From Chromatiales bacterium (GTDB lineage: Bacteria > Pseudomonadota > Gammaproteobacteria > Steroidobacterales > BM003): DNA of 58,494 nucleotides. Both the position numbers and the translations under genes were made by a program. The DNA is taken from contig PKUM01000212.1 in the NCBI GenBank assembly GCA_002868855.1, positions 1-58,494 of the forward strand, read 5' to 3'. Positions 44,593-52,789 of the stretch are shown piece after piece (the stretch's first letter is position 1; each line of letters begins with the position of its first letter). The notes below the pieces were generated by a model that had not been told where the DNA came from, made no database searches, and saw only the letters and a program-made list of their open reading frames with translations.

Positions 44593-45621
44593 ATGAAGAA
44601 AAAGGGACGCAGGGACGTCGAGGCCTTCAGCATGTCTTTTCTCGATGCAATCTGTTGCGGTTTTGGCGCTATCGTGCTGTTGCTCGTGCTGTCAAAGACC
44701 GCGGAACCTTTTATTCTCGAAGAGACGACGCAGGAACTCGAGGCATTGATAGCCAACCTGCAGGAACAGCTTTATGAGATCCGTGGCGAGACCACGGTCA
44801 TGAACCGGACCATGGTTACACGCAAAGACCAATTGGCGGCGGAAAAGGAAAAACTCGCCCGGTTGCAGGGAGATCTGTCAAATATCCGCGGCGAATTCGA
44901 AGCCTCGCGCGACGCTTCCGACATTGCCGAGGTCATCGAAGGCCGGCTTGCCACCGCGCGTCAGAGCCTGTCGGCGGAGATGCAGAGACTGCTCGGCGAG
45001 AATTTCCGCCGCAAGCCGAAGGACCAGACTGTCGGTGGCATACCGGTAGACAGCGAATACATCATTTTTATTATCGACACATCGGGGAGTATGGTTAATT
45101 ACGGCTGGGATCTCATGATGCAGAAGGTAGAGGAAACCCTGCAGGTCTATCCCAATGTGAAAGGCATTCAGGTCATGAATGACATGGGTGACTACATGTT
45201 CAGCCGCTACGCCGGAAAATGGATCCCCGACACGCCCGCCAGGCGCAAGGCAATCATGACTCAGCTCAAATCGTGGACACCGTTTTCCAATTCAAGCCCG
45301 GTGGAAGGAATCACCAAGGCTATCCGTACATTCTATTCTCCGGAAAAGAAAATCAGCCTCTACGTGCTCGGCGACGAGTTCACCGGCGGATCGATTGAGC
45401 GGGTCATCGACACCATCGACCGCATCAATCGCGAAGACGACAAGGGCAACAGACTGGTACGCATCCACTCGATCGGATTTCCGGTTACGTTCCAGCGCGG
45501 CGCCGCGCTGGCAACTACAGGCACCCGCTTTGCCACACTGATGCGAATCCTGTGCGAAAAGAACGGCGGCACCTTTGTCGGACTCAATACGTTTGAACCT
45601 GAGTCGCACTACGGACTCTGA
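44593..45621 (+). CDS. ExbD/TolR-like TM anchor + coiled coil + vWA-domain protein (paralog 2)
   Basis: 342-aa ORF preceded by GGTGAGGA. It has a TM helix FSMSFLDAICCGFGAIVLLLVL, a coiled coil, and a vWA domain with the MIDAS motif FIIDTSGSM. Confidence 0.75.
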   Translation: MKKKGRRDVEAFSMSFLDAICCGFGAIVLLLVLSKTAEPFILEETTQELEALIANLQEQLYEIRGETTVMNRTMVTRKDQLAAEKEKLARLQGDLSNIRGEFEASRDASDIAEVIEGRLATARQSLSAEMQRLLGENFRRKPKDQTVGGIPVDSEYIIFIIDTSGSMVNYGWDLMMQKVEETLQVYPNVKGIQVMNDMGDYMFSRYAGKWIPDTPARRKAIMTQLKSWTPFSNSSPVEGITKAIRTFYSPEKKISLYVLGDEFTGGSIERVIDTIDRINREDDKGNRLVRIHSIGFPVTFQRGAALATTGTRFATLMRILCEKNGGTFVGLNTFEPESHYGL

Positions 45622-45627
45622 CCATAT

Positions 45628-46287
45628 ATGGGCGCAATGAAAAAGACCAACAACAGACACTTCATCCGGCCTCGCCCGAGCGCAATTCGAACACTGCCAG
45701 TCCTGGTGCTGGTAGCGCTAAGTGCCTGTACTCACAGCGTACCGGTCGATACCGAATTCCCGGAGCCGCTGATTGCGCCAATGCCGGTCGCGGTTGCTGT
45801 ATATTACGACGAGAGTCTCATCGACTTCGAACACACCGAGTTCATCGAGCAGGGCTCGGACTGGAAAGTAAAGCTGGGCGATGCCAACCTCAAGATGTTC
45901 GAACGCCTGTTCGGGTCGATGTTTGAGAATCTCGTACCGGTCGCATCGCCGGAAGCCGGTTTTGCCGAAGGAAGCAGATTCGAGGCAATAATCATTCCGG
46001 CGATCGAGGAAATGCAGGTCGCTCCGCCACGCTACGGAGAGTCAGAATTTTTCGAGGCCTGGATCCAGTATCGGGTCGAAGCATTCCACCCGAACCGGGA
46101 ACCGATCGTCAACTGGCTGGTGAGCGGGTACGGACGAAGCGAAGGATCGATGCTGCAACCGTCAAAGTCGTTGCAGGAAGCCACCGTTCTTGCCATGCGC
46201 GATGCGGCGGCCAATATCGTCATCAAGTTCAGGCAGCAACCACGCATTCGGGAGTGGCTTGACCAACAGGAAGGCGCCAATGAATAA
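45628..46287 (+). CDS. lipoprotein, function unknown
   Basis: 219-aa ORF lying 6 nt after the upstream stop. It has a signal peptide and lipobox (LSAC). Confidence 0.6.
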   Translation: MGAMKKTNNRHFIRPRPSAIRTLPVLVLVALSACTHSVPVDTEFPEPLIAPMPVAVAVYYDESLIDFEHTEFIEQGSDWKVKLGDANLKMFERLFGSMFENLVPVASPEAGFAEGSRFEAIIIPAIEEMQVAPPRYGESEFFEAWIQYRVEAFHPNREPIVNWLVSGYGRSEGSMLQPSKSLQEATVLAMRDAAANIVIKFRQQPRIREWLDQQEGANE

Positions 46288-46984
46288 GACACCTGGCATG
46301 CATTCGAGGGGCTACGGTATTCGTTTTGGAGCAATCTCTGTTGTTGTCCCGGTTACTCTGTTGCTGGCCGCAAGCGGCTGTGTCAATTCGAGAATCGAGC
46401 AGGTCCGACAAGGTTCGACCGTTTTGCAGGACGGTGAGGCCATCGTAATTCTCGCGCGTCGCCATGATCATGCCGGTGAGACCGAGTCGAGCTTTACCGA
46501 CTGTATAGAGGACAAGCTCGCCAAGGGTGACTCACCACTGAACGTACATCCGAACAAGGAGTTCATCGATGCGATGTTCCCCTGGTTCGAGCCAAGTGTG
46601 GCGCCTCTTTCTACCGACTCTCTGCCGCAATTGCTGGCCCACCCGGGAGTACGCGACAAGATCGAGCAAACCGGCGTACGCTATGTTGTCTGGCTGGACG
46701 GCAGTACCGAAAGGATCGACAGTGGCGGCAGCATGACCTGCGCAATCAGTCCCACCGGTGGCGGTTGCCTCGGTTTTGGCTGGTGGGAAGATGCCTCGGA
46801 TTACGAGGCAACCGTTTGGGATCTGAAGAGCTCGAGCGCCGCGGGGATGGTCAGCGCGGACGTCAGCGGCACGTCGTACATGCCTGCTTTCGTCGTGCCG
46901 ATCCCGCTCATAGCACGCACCCAGTCGGCCGCGTGTAGCGGTCTGGCACGTCAGCTCAGTCTTTTTCTCGCGCAGGCGCCCTAG
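46280..46984 (+). CDS. lipoprotein, function unknown
   Basis: The ATG at 46280 overlaps the upstream stop by 8 nt (ORF open from 46190). It has a lipobox (LAASGC). Confidence 0.6.
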   Translation: MNKTPGMHSRGYGIRFGAISVVVPVTLLLAASGCVNSRIEQVRQGSTVLQDGEAIVILARRHDHAGETESSFTDCIEDKLAKGDSPLNVHPNKEFIDAMFPWFEPSVAPLSTDSLPQLLAHPGVRDKIEQTGVRYVVWLDGSTERIDSGGSMTCAISPTGGGCLGFGWWEDASDYEATVWDLKSSSAAGMVSADVSGTSYMPAFVVPIPLIARTQSAACSGLARQLSLFLAQAP

Positions 46985-47006
46985 GCGCACGGGCTGCCAG
47001 CGCCTG

Positions 47007-48482
47007 TTATTCGATGACCTTGAAAAGCTGGCCCGTCGCAGGTTGATCGTGCGGCCCCAGGTCGTTCAGCAGGCGCAGCTGCTGCTCTACATAACCAGAT
47101 AAGGCGGAACGCCGCGCCAAGACTTCGATTGTAGTCCCCGGACCGATTTCGATCACTCTTACCGCAATCGGCCGCGTCAATGGACGCTCATTCCGCTTAA
47201 GATCGTCGAAGCTGAAAATGGTCGAAATGAACTCTCTGTCTGCAGCGATCTTTGACAGATCCTTGCGCCCTGCCCCGGAAAAAACGAAGGCCTTGCCTTT
47301 GCGTTGATCGAAAATTACCGCCGTGCGGACAGGTCGGGGACCGTAAGGCGAAGGTGCCCGCTCGGCAATTGCAATATAGGCCGGCTTGCCGGCAATTGTC
47401 AGCGCCTTGCCATCTTCGAGATTTTCCAGGCCGAGCTTGCCACGCATGAACTGTTCCGGCGACGTGCCGTCACGCGGCATTGGCAAACTGCGGACGTGAA
47501 GCGTGGCCTGATCACCCGGGGAGTGCGATACGATGGCACTCTGCGCCGACTCGACCCGCCAACCTTCCGGAAACGTGATCTTCATTCGCAGGCCGGCGTG
47601 ATAGAGCTTGTTACCGCGGATTACACCACCGGCTGCGCTTTTCCCCCACAACAGTCCATTGATGCGTTTCAGATATTCGTCGCGCCGAACCATATCCGGA
47701 CTGCCAAAGCCAACTTCGCTTGCCGCGTCAATTGCTTCGCTGAGGCGCGTGTCGTTGTCGGGGTGACTGGCAAACCAGCCGTGGTAGACCCTTGGCTCGC
47801 GCCCTTCGAGTCGCGCCCGTTCCAGTTCGAACTGTTCGCGACGCTTTAAAATATCAATCACTTCCAGCATGGACTGCGGCGGATAGTCTGTCTTCGCCAG
47901 GTATCGCGCTCCCAGGGAGTCCGCCTCGAGCTCCATGCCACGGCCATAACCACTCAGCAGCACACCACCGAACATATTCGTGAGATCGCCGGCGCCCCCG
48001 GTTCCCGTCGCGACGCTTGCAGCCGTGCTGACCGCGCCAACAACTTTGTTCTTGCTGTCCTGGCGAACTGCATGGCGGCCGGTTACATGACCTATTTCAT
48101 GACCTATGACCGCGGCAAGCTCGGCCTCCGAGTTCAGGTACGCCATCATGCCACGAGTGATGTAGATGAAACCGCCCGGGATCGCGAAGGCATTTACCGC
48201 ATCGTCATCAACCAGGGTAAATGTCCATTTCAGATTTGGACGTTCACTGACTGACGCAAGTCGCTGGCCGATGCTGTTCACGTAGTCCTGCAGATCCGGG
48301 TCCGGATAGACCCTGAATTGTTTCATCACTTGTTCATGCGAGGTCTCCCCGAGCTCAATTTCGGACTCTTCCGACATCAGCACGAAATCGACACCGCCGG
48401 TCGCCGGGTTACTGGCACAACCAGCAAGCCAGAGCGAAACGCCAACGATTCCGAGCAAGTTCACTGAATAAAGCATTTTCAT
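47007..48482 (-). CDS. M48-family zinc metalloprotease lipoprotein (possible C-terminal LysM-like segment)
   Basis: The ATG at 48482 gives MKMLYSVNLLGIVGVSLWLAGC, a lipobox. The zinc motif is HEIGHVTGRH. The last roughly 50 aa loosely follow a LysM pattern. Confidence 0.8.
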   Translation of the reverse strand: MKMLYSVNLLGIVGVSLWLAGCASNPATGGVDFVLMSEESEIELGETSHEQVMKQFRVYPDPDLQDYVNSIGQRLASVSERPNLKWTFTLVDDDAVNAFAIPGGFIYITRGMMAYLNSEAELAAVIGHEIGHVTGRHAVRQDSKNKVVGAVSTAASVATGTGGAGDLTNMFGGVLLSGYGRGMELEADSLGARYLAKTDYPPQSMLEVIDILKRREQFELERARLEGREPRVYHGWFASHPDNDTRLSEAIDAASEVGFGSPDMVRRDEYLKRINGLLWGKSAAGGVIRGNKLYHAGLRMKITFPEGWRVESAQSAIVSHSPGDQATLHVRSLPMPRDGTSPEQFMRGKLGLENLEDGKALTIAGKPAYIAIAERAPSPYGPRPVRTAVIFDQRKGKAFVFSGAGRKDLSKIAADREFISTIFSFDDLKRNERPLTRPIAVRVIEIGPGTTIEVLARRSALSGYVEQQLRLLNDLGPHDQPATGQLFKVIE

Positions 48483-48753
48483 TGCCAGTGGTCCTCTGCA
48501 CTCAACTGTCGCACCGGGGCGACTTTTACGGATTCGATTATATAGACAAGCCGCAAGGAAAATTGATCCTGTCATTTTCGAGAAGATTGGTGCGAAATTC
48601 TCGTGCCACTATCGCGAAAGCTCCGGCCGCGTTCCAGTCTGCGCTCGAGACCGGTGGGAGACACTAGACAGGTCAAACGGGGCCTGCACCGAGGCCACCG
48701 GGTTGGCGCTGCGGACAACGAGAGCATGGAGGCGGATCAGCACTCTTCCCTGC

Positions 48754-48759
48754 TAGAAT
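48754..48759 (+). promoter_or_regulatory. candidate extended -10 element (TGcTAGAAT)
   Basis: TGCTAGAAT lies about 55 nt upstream of the aminotransferase start. There is no convincing -35. Confidence 0.25.
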
Positions 48760-48812
48760 ATGCAGCTTAACGGCTAAAACACGCCAATGGTTGACACGCA
48801 GGAGTCGTTTAC

Positions 48813-50318
48813 ATGGCCACCGCTGTGGACACATTTGACAATAATGTTCTCTTAAAACTCGGCACGCTGCGCTCGGCGCCGGGGGAAATCGTGACCCAAG
48901 GGTTACCCGATTCGGATATCGAACGATTTGCGAAGACGGATCCTTCGCTTGTCAATGCAATTGACGGCGCACTTGAGGAGTTCGAACGATTTCGCGAACG
49001 CTACCCTGACCTTGCGGCTGCCGATGAAAGCAAACAAATTCATGATCTGCAGCAGGGAATCGTGAATTTCTACGCTCAGGACACGGTCAATCCTTACGTT
49101 GCGCTCGCTGCCCGAGGCCCATGGATCATTACCACGAAGGGTGCCGTGATACATGACTCCGGCGGTTATGGAATGCTCGGGCATGGGCATGCGCCGGAAA
49201 AGGTTTTGGCCGCAATGAGCAAACCGCATGTGATGGCAAATGTCATGACACCGAGCCTGAGCCAGATGCAGCTCGTCGATGCGTTACGCGAGGAGATCGG
49301 CCACACCCGCGAAAACGGCTGCGACTACGAAAGCTTCGTTTTCATGAACAGCGGTTCGGAGGCGGTAACCGTTGCGGCACGTATCTCCGATGTCAACGCA
49401 CGCGAACTGACCGATCCGGGAGCACGCCACGACGGCAAACCGATCCGCATGCTCGCGCTCGAGGGCGGCTTTCACGGCCGCACCGACCGACCGGCGCAGT
49501 ATTCGGATTCGACCTTGCAGACCTATTCCCGGTACCTGGCGTCGTTTCGTGACGGCAGCCGCCTATGGACGGTACCGCCCAACGATTCTGAAGCGCTTCG
49601 CAGAATTTTTGCGCGCGCAGACGAGGAAGGGGTATTTATCGAGTCGATGTTCCTCGAGCCGGTCATGGGCGAAGGCAACCCCGGCCTCGCCATAGAGCGG
49701 GCATTCTACGACCTCGCCCGCGAATTGACGCTGGCACACGGTAGCCTGCTACTGGTCGATTCCATTCAGGCCGGTTTGCGCACCCACGGCGTTCTCTCGA
49801 TTCTCGACTATCCCGGATTCCAGGATGCCGAGGCACCGGACATGGAGACCTACTCAAAGGCCCTGAATGCCGGTCAGTTTCCGCTATCCGTCCTGGCATT
49901 GACCAAGCGTGCTGCCGGGCTTTATCGACGCGGCGTGTATGGCAACACAATGACCGCCAATCCGCGCGCGCTGGATGTCGCCATTGCGGTACTCGCTGGC
50001 CTCAGCCCCGGGTTGCGGCGCAATATCTGCGATCGTGGCGAGGAACTTGTGACCAAACTCCGGCAAGTGGCGGCAGAAACGGACGGGATTATTACCCACG
50101 TGCAGGGAACCGGTCTGCTCGTAGCTGCCGAACTGGCCGACGGCTATCGTTCCAGTGGCCATGCGAGTGTCGAGGAAGACATGCGTCGTCATGGTATTGG
50201 GGTGATACACGGCGGCCACAACGCGCTGCGTTTTACGCCGCACTTTGCGATCACCAGCGCTGAAATTGATCTTATTGTCGGCCAACTCAAAAAGGCGTTG
50301 ATCCGGGCCAGCAACTGA
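48813..50318 (+). CDS. class-III PLP-dependent aminotransferase (ornithine/acetylornithine-type fold) with N-terminal extension
   Basis: 501-aa ORF with motifs FMNSGSEA, DSIQAG.RTHG and a PLP-Lys region YSKALNAGQFP. About 90 aa precede the usual core. Confidence 0.75.
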   Translation: MATAVDTFDNNVLLKLGTLRSAPGEIVTQGLPDSDIERFAKTDPSLVNAIDGALEEFERFRERYPDLAAADESKQIHDLQQGIVNFYAQDTVNPYVALAARGPWIITTKGAVIHDSGGYGMLGHGHAPEKVLAAMSKPHVMANVMTPSLSQMQLVDALREEIGHTRENGCDYESFVFMNSGSEAVTVAARISDVNARELTDPGARHDGKPIRMLALEGGFHGRTDRPAQYSDSTLQTYSRYLASFRDGSRLWTVPPNDSEALRRIFARADEEGVFIESMFLEPVMGEGNPGLAIERAFYDLARELTLAHGSLLLVDSIQAGLRTHGVLSILDYPGFQDAEAPDMETYSKALNAGQFPLSVLALTKRAAGLYRRGVYGNTMTANPRALDVAIAVLAGLSPGLRRNICDRGEELVTKLRQVAAETDGIITHVQGTGLLVAAELADGYRSSGHASVEEDMRRHGIGVIHGGHNALRFTPHFAITSAEIDLIVGQLKKALIRASN

Positions 50319-50424
50319 TTCGCGGCGAAAACGCGTACGCGATGGCGGTGGCCGCAGCGCAGGGCTTGCGAGATTTTCGTGGTCTGCGTATGTTCGCTTT
50401 TCACCTCCGGCCGGGTCGATTACG

Positions 50425-51249
50425 TTGCTGAAGCCGAAACTGTTCAAAGCGCGCCAGTTGGTGGGCAAATATCGCATTCAAAGAAGAATCGCGAATGGCC
50501 CTCTCGCCGCTGTCTACCAGGCTTTCGATACGGTTTTATGTCGCCGGGTTGCGTTGAAAATTCCGCACGCCGGCCTCGATCCGGCCATCCTCGAGGATTT
50601 TCGCAAGGAAGCGAGACTTGCGGTGCGCCTCGAACACCCGAATATTCTGCCCGTTTTCAATGCGAGCTTTATTGACGGCCGCTTCGTCATCGTGACGCCT
50701 CTCGGGGAACAGACTCTCGCCGACCGGCTAGTGAAGAGGATGGCGACGACGACCGCGCTGAACCTCATGGGCCAGGCACTCGCCGCGGTAGCGTTCGCGC
50801 ACAGCAAACGTGTGATTCACTGCGATATAAAGCCCGAGAACTTCATCCTGTTTCCCGGGAACCGGGTACGGCTCGGCGACTTTGCGTTCGCCAAGCGCTG
50901 TGTACGCACAATCAAGGCGTCCGGCTCGGGCACGCTCGGCTATATCGCTCCCGAGCAGGCGATGGGACGGCCCATGTTCCAGTCCGACGTTTTTTCGCTC
51001 GGCCTCGTGATGTATCGGGTGTTTGCGGGCACACTGCCCGAGTGGCCCTATAGCTGGCCGCCACCCGGGCTGAAACGCCTCGAAAACCGCCTTCCGGACG
51101 AATTTGTCGCTATTGTCCGGCGCGCTTTGAAGATCAAGCCGACGCAGCGCTTTCGCGACGCAATCACCATGGAAAAGGCTTTCACCAACGCCATCGAGAA
51201 GCTTTCCCCGGAAGAGTCGACCGCAAAACACCAGAAGCGGAGAAATTGA
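50425..51249 (+). CDS. stand-alone Hanks-type Ser/Thr protein kinase (non-RD, atypical loops)
   Basis: 274-aa ORF with a TTG start (alternative GTG at 50461). Motifs are VALKIP (VAIK), HCDIKPENF (catalytic loop, HCD instead of HRD), GDFAFAK (DFA instead of DFG) and GYIAPEQ. The glycine loop is degenerate (IANGPLAAV). Confidence 0.8.
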   Translation: MLKPKLFKARQLVGKYRIQRRIANGPLAAVYQAFDTVLCRRVALKIPHAGLDPAILEDFRKEARLAVRLEHPNILPVFNASFIDGRFVIVTPLGEQTLADRLVKRMATTTALNLMGQALAAVAFAHSKRVIHCDIKPENFILFPGNRVRLGDFAFAKRCVRTIKASGSGTLGYIAPEQAMGRPMFQSDVFSLGLVMYRVFAGTLPEWPYSWPPPGLKRLENRLPDEFVAIVRRALKIKPTQRFRDAITMEKAFTNAIEKLSPEESTAKHQKRRN

Positions 51250-52103
51250 TGAACTCGCCGCAGTCGATGCAGCCGCTCGTGCTGACTGGCGACGAGTTGA
51301 ACATACTGGCCCGGCTGGAATCTCCCGCTTTCGAGATTGTCGCTTTCAGCGATCGCAGCCCGGCCAAGATCACCGCCAACGAGGACTCCGCGCTGGCCAT
51401 GACATATGGCACCGATGCCGTGGTCGTCGCCGTTGCGGATGGCGCGGGAGGATTACCTGCGGGGCAACGCGCATCCAACACCGCCGTAGCCGCACTGCGC
51501 AATGCGCTGGAGCAGGCCGCGCGCGAAAAGGTATTGTTGCGCACCGCCATTCTCAATGGCATTGAAGCCGCCAACGCAGCGGTGATGGCGCTAAGCAACG
51601 GTTCGGCGACGACCTTGACAGTAGTGGGCGCCGACGAAGATTCCGCGCGTAGCTTCCACGTGGGAGATTCTTCCGCACTCCTGATAGGTCAGCGTGGCAA
51701 GCTCAAATTTCAGACCATCGCGCACTCGCCAACCGGATTTGCAGTTGAGGCCGGTTTTCTCGAAGAAACCGAGGCGCTGTTCCACTCGGAACGGCATGTC
51801 GTTTCGAATTTTCTCGGTGATAGCGAAATGCGCATCGATGTCGGCGCTTCAACCCGGTTTGCACAGTTCGACACGCTGGTAGTAGCCAGCGACGGTCTCA
51901 CCGACAACGTCAGGGTCGATGAGATAACAGAAGCGGTGCGCAAGGGGCCGATCACAAGCGCGCTGCAGCGACTGACCCTGGAGGCCCGCCAGAGAATGCT
52001 CGGCGCTGATAGCGGCCAGCCCTGCAAGCCCGACGATCTCACCGTGCTGTTGATGAGGCGCAGGCGGCCAGCAAAAAAGAAAGCGTCAGAGGCCGCCGAC
52101 TAA
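51246..52103 (+). CDS. PP2C-family Ser/Thr phosphatase
   Basis: 285-aa ORF overlapping the kinase stop by 4 nt (ATGA). Motifs are NEDSALA, AVADGAGG, VVASDGLTDN and KPDDLTVLL. Confidence 0.85.
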   Translation: MMNSPQSMQPLVLTGDELNILARLESPAFEIVAFSDRSPAKITANEDSALAMTYGTDAVVVAVADGAGGLPAGQRASNTAVAALRNALEQAAREKVLLRTAILNGIEAANAAVMALSNGSATTLTVVGADEDSARSFHVGDSSALLIGQRGKLKFQTIAHSPTGFAVEAGFLEETEALFHSERHVVSNFLGDSEMRIDVGASTRFAQFDTLVVASDGLTDNVRVDEITEAVRKGPITSALQRLTLEARQRMLGADSGQPCKPDDLTVLLMRRRRPAKKKASEAAD

Positions 52104-52789
52104 TCAATTCGAACGACTATTTCCCCAACGTTGACTCTGACATCAATGTCATCCTCGCCGTCACCTGACCAACTGAGGCGACTGCCAACGAACATTGACC
52201 TCTCCGACTCGATGTCATTCCCGTCCACGCGTAAAGAAACCTCGCCAATATTCGAATCGAGATCGACGTCGCCGATATTTTTCGCACCGTTGTGCACCGA
52301 AACCTCTCCTACCGAGGTATTCAAGCGCAACGCGCCGCCCGGCACATCGACCCGGGTCTCTCCGACACCGACTTTTGCCTCGACTCCGCCTTCGAGCCCC
52401 CTGACATCGAGCACGCCGACTCCCATTTCTATCATCGCCCCCAGCGCCTGCGGTGCATAAACTCGCCAATCTTGCTGGATATCCGAATCCTTGCCGCCAC
52501 CGGGAAAAACGACCTGGAGTTCGAGTCTTCCGTTGCTGCTCGAGGCCACGACTTCCGCTGCATCGATCAGGTCGTCGACATCCGCGCCCGCGTCATCCGA
52601 CGGTTTGAGTTCAATCTCAACCCGGATAGCGTCGTCACTACCCGATTCCAGCCGAATCTCGCCCACCCCCACGGTAATCTGTAGTTTTTCTATATCGACC
52701 GCCGAATAACTCGATTCGAGATCGCGCGCCTGCACGAAATCCGGAATCACCAGCGCCAGCACTATGGGTATGACCGCTCGGTTGAACAT
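52100..52789 (-). CDS. exported beta-helical repeat protein (DUF4097 / LiaG-like putative adhesin fold)
   Basis: The ATG at 52789 gives a signal peptide MFNRAVIPIVLALVIPDFVQA. Short beta-strand motifs recur (VGVGEIRL, VGVGETRV, SVGEVSV, NIGEVSL, NVGEIVV). Confidence 0.6.
   Translation of the reverse strand: MFNRAVIPIVLALVIPDFVQARDLESSYSAVDIEKLQITVGVGEIRLESGSDDAIRVEIELKPSDDAGADVDDLIDAAEVVASSSNGRLELQVVFPGGGKDSDIQQDWRVYAPQALGAMIEMGVGVLDVRGLEGGVEAKVGVGETRVDVPGGALRLNTSVGEVSVHNGAKNIGDVDLDSNIGEVSLRVDGNDIESERSMFVGSRLSWSGDGEDDIDVRVNVGEIVVRID

Noticed and set aside
43483-45621. Whether the vWA pair belongs to a Bat/MoxR-type aerotolerance or MoxR-vWA chaperone system.
   Set aside because: No MoxR AAA+ ATPase or DUF58 gene is in the window. 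The TM anchors look ExbD-like rather than BatA-like.
48576-48812. Whether the 237-nt leader of the class-III aminotransferase is a riboswitch (glycine, lysine, cobalamin, TPP and ZTP motifs considered).
   Set aside because: No core consensus of any riboswitch class I know could be matched by eye. An Infernal/Rfam scan would be needed.
52100-52103. Convergent 3'-end overlaps (PP2C with the DUF4097-like gene by 4 nt; the EF-hand gene with the AI-2E transporter at 56319-56325).
   Set aside because: Short convergent stop-codon overlaps are common in compact genomes. There is no evidence of special regulation.
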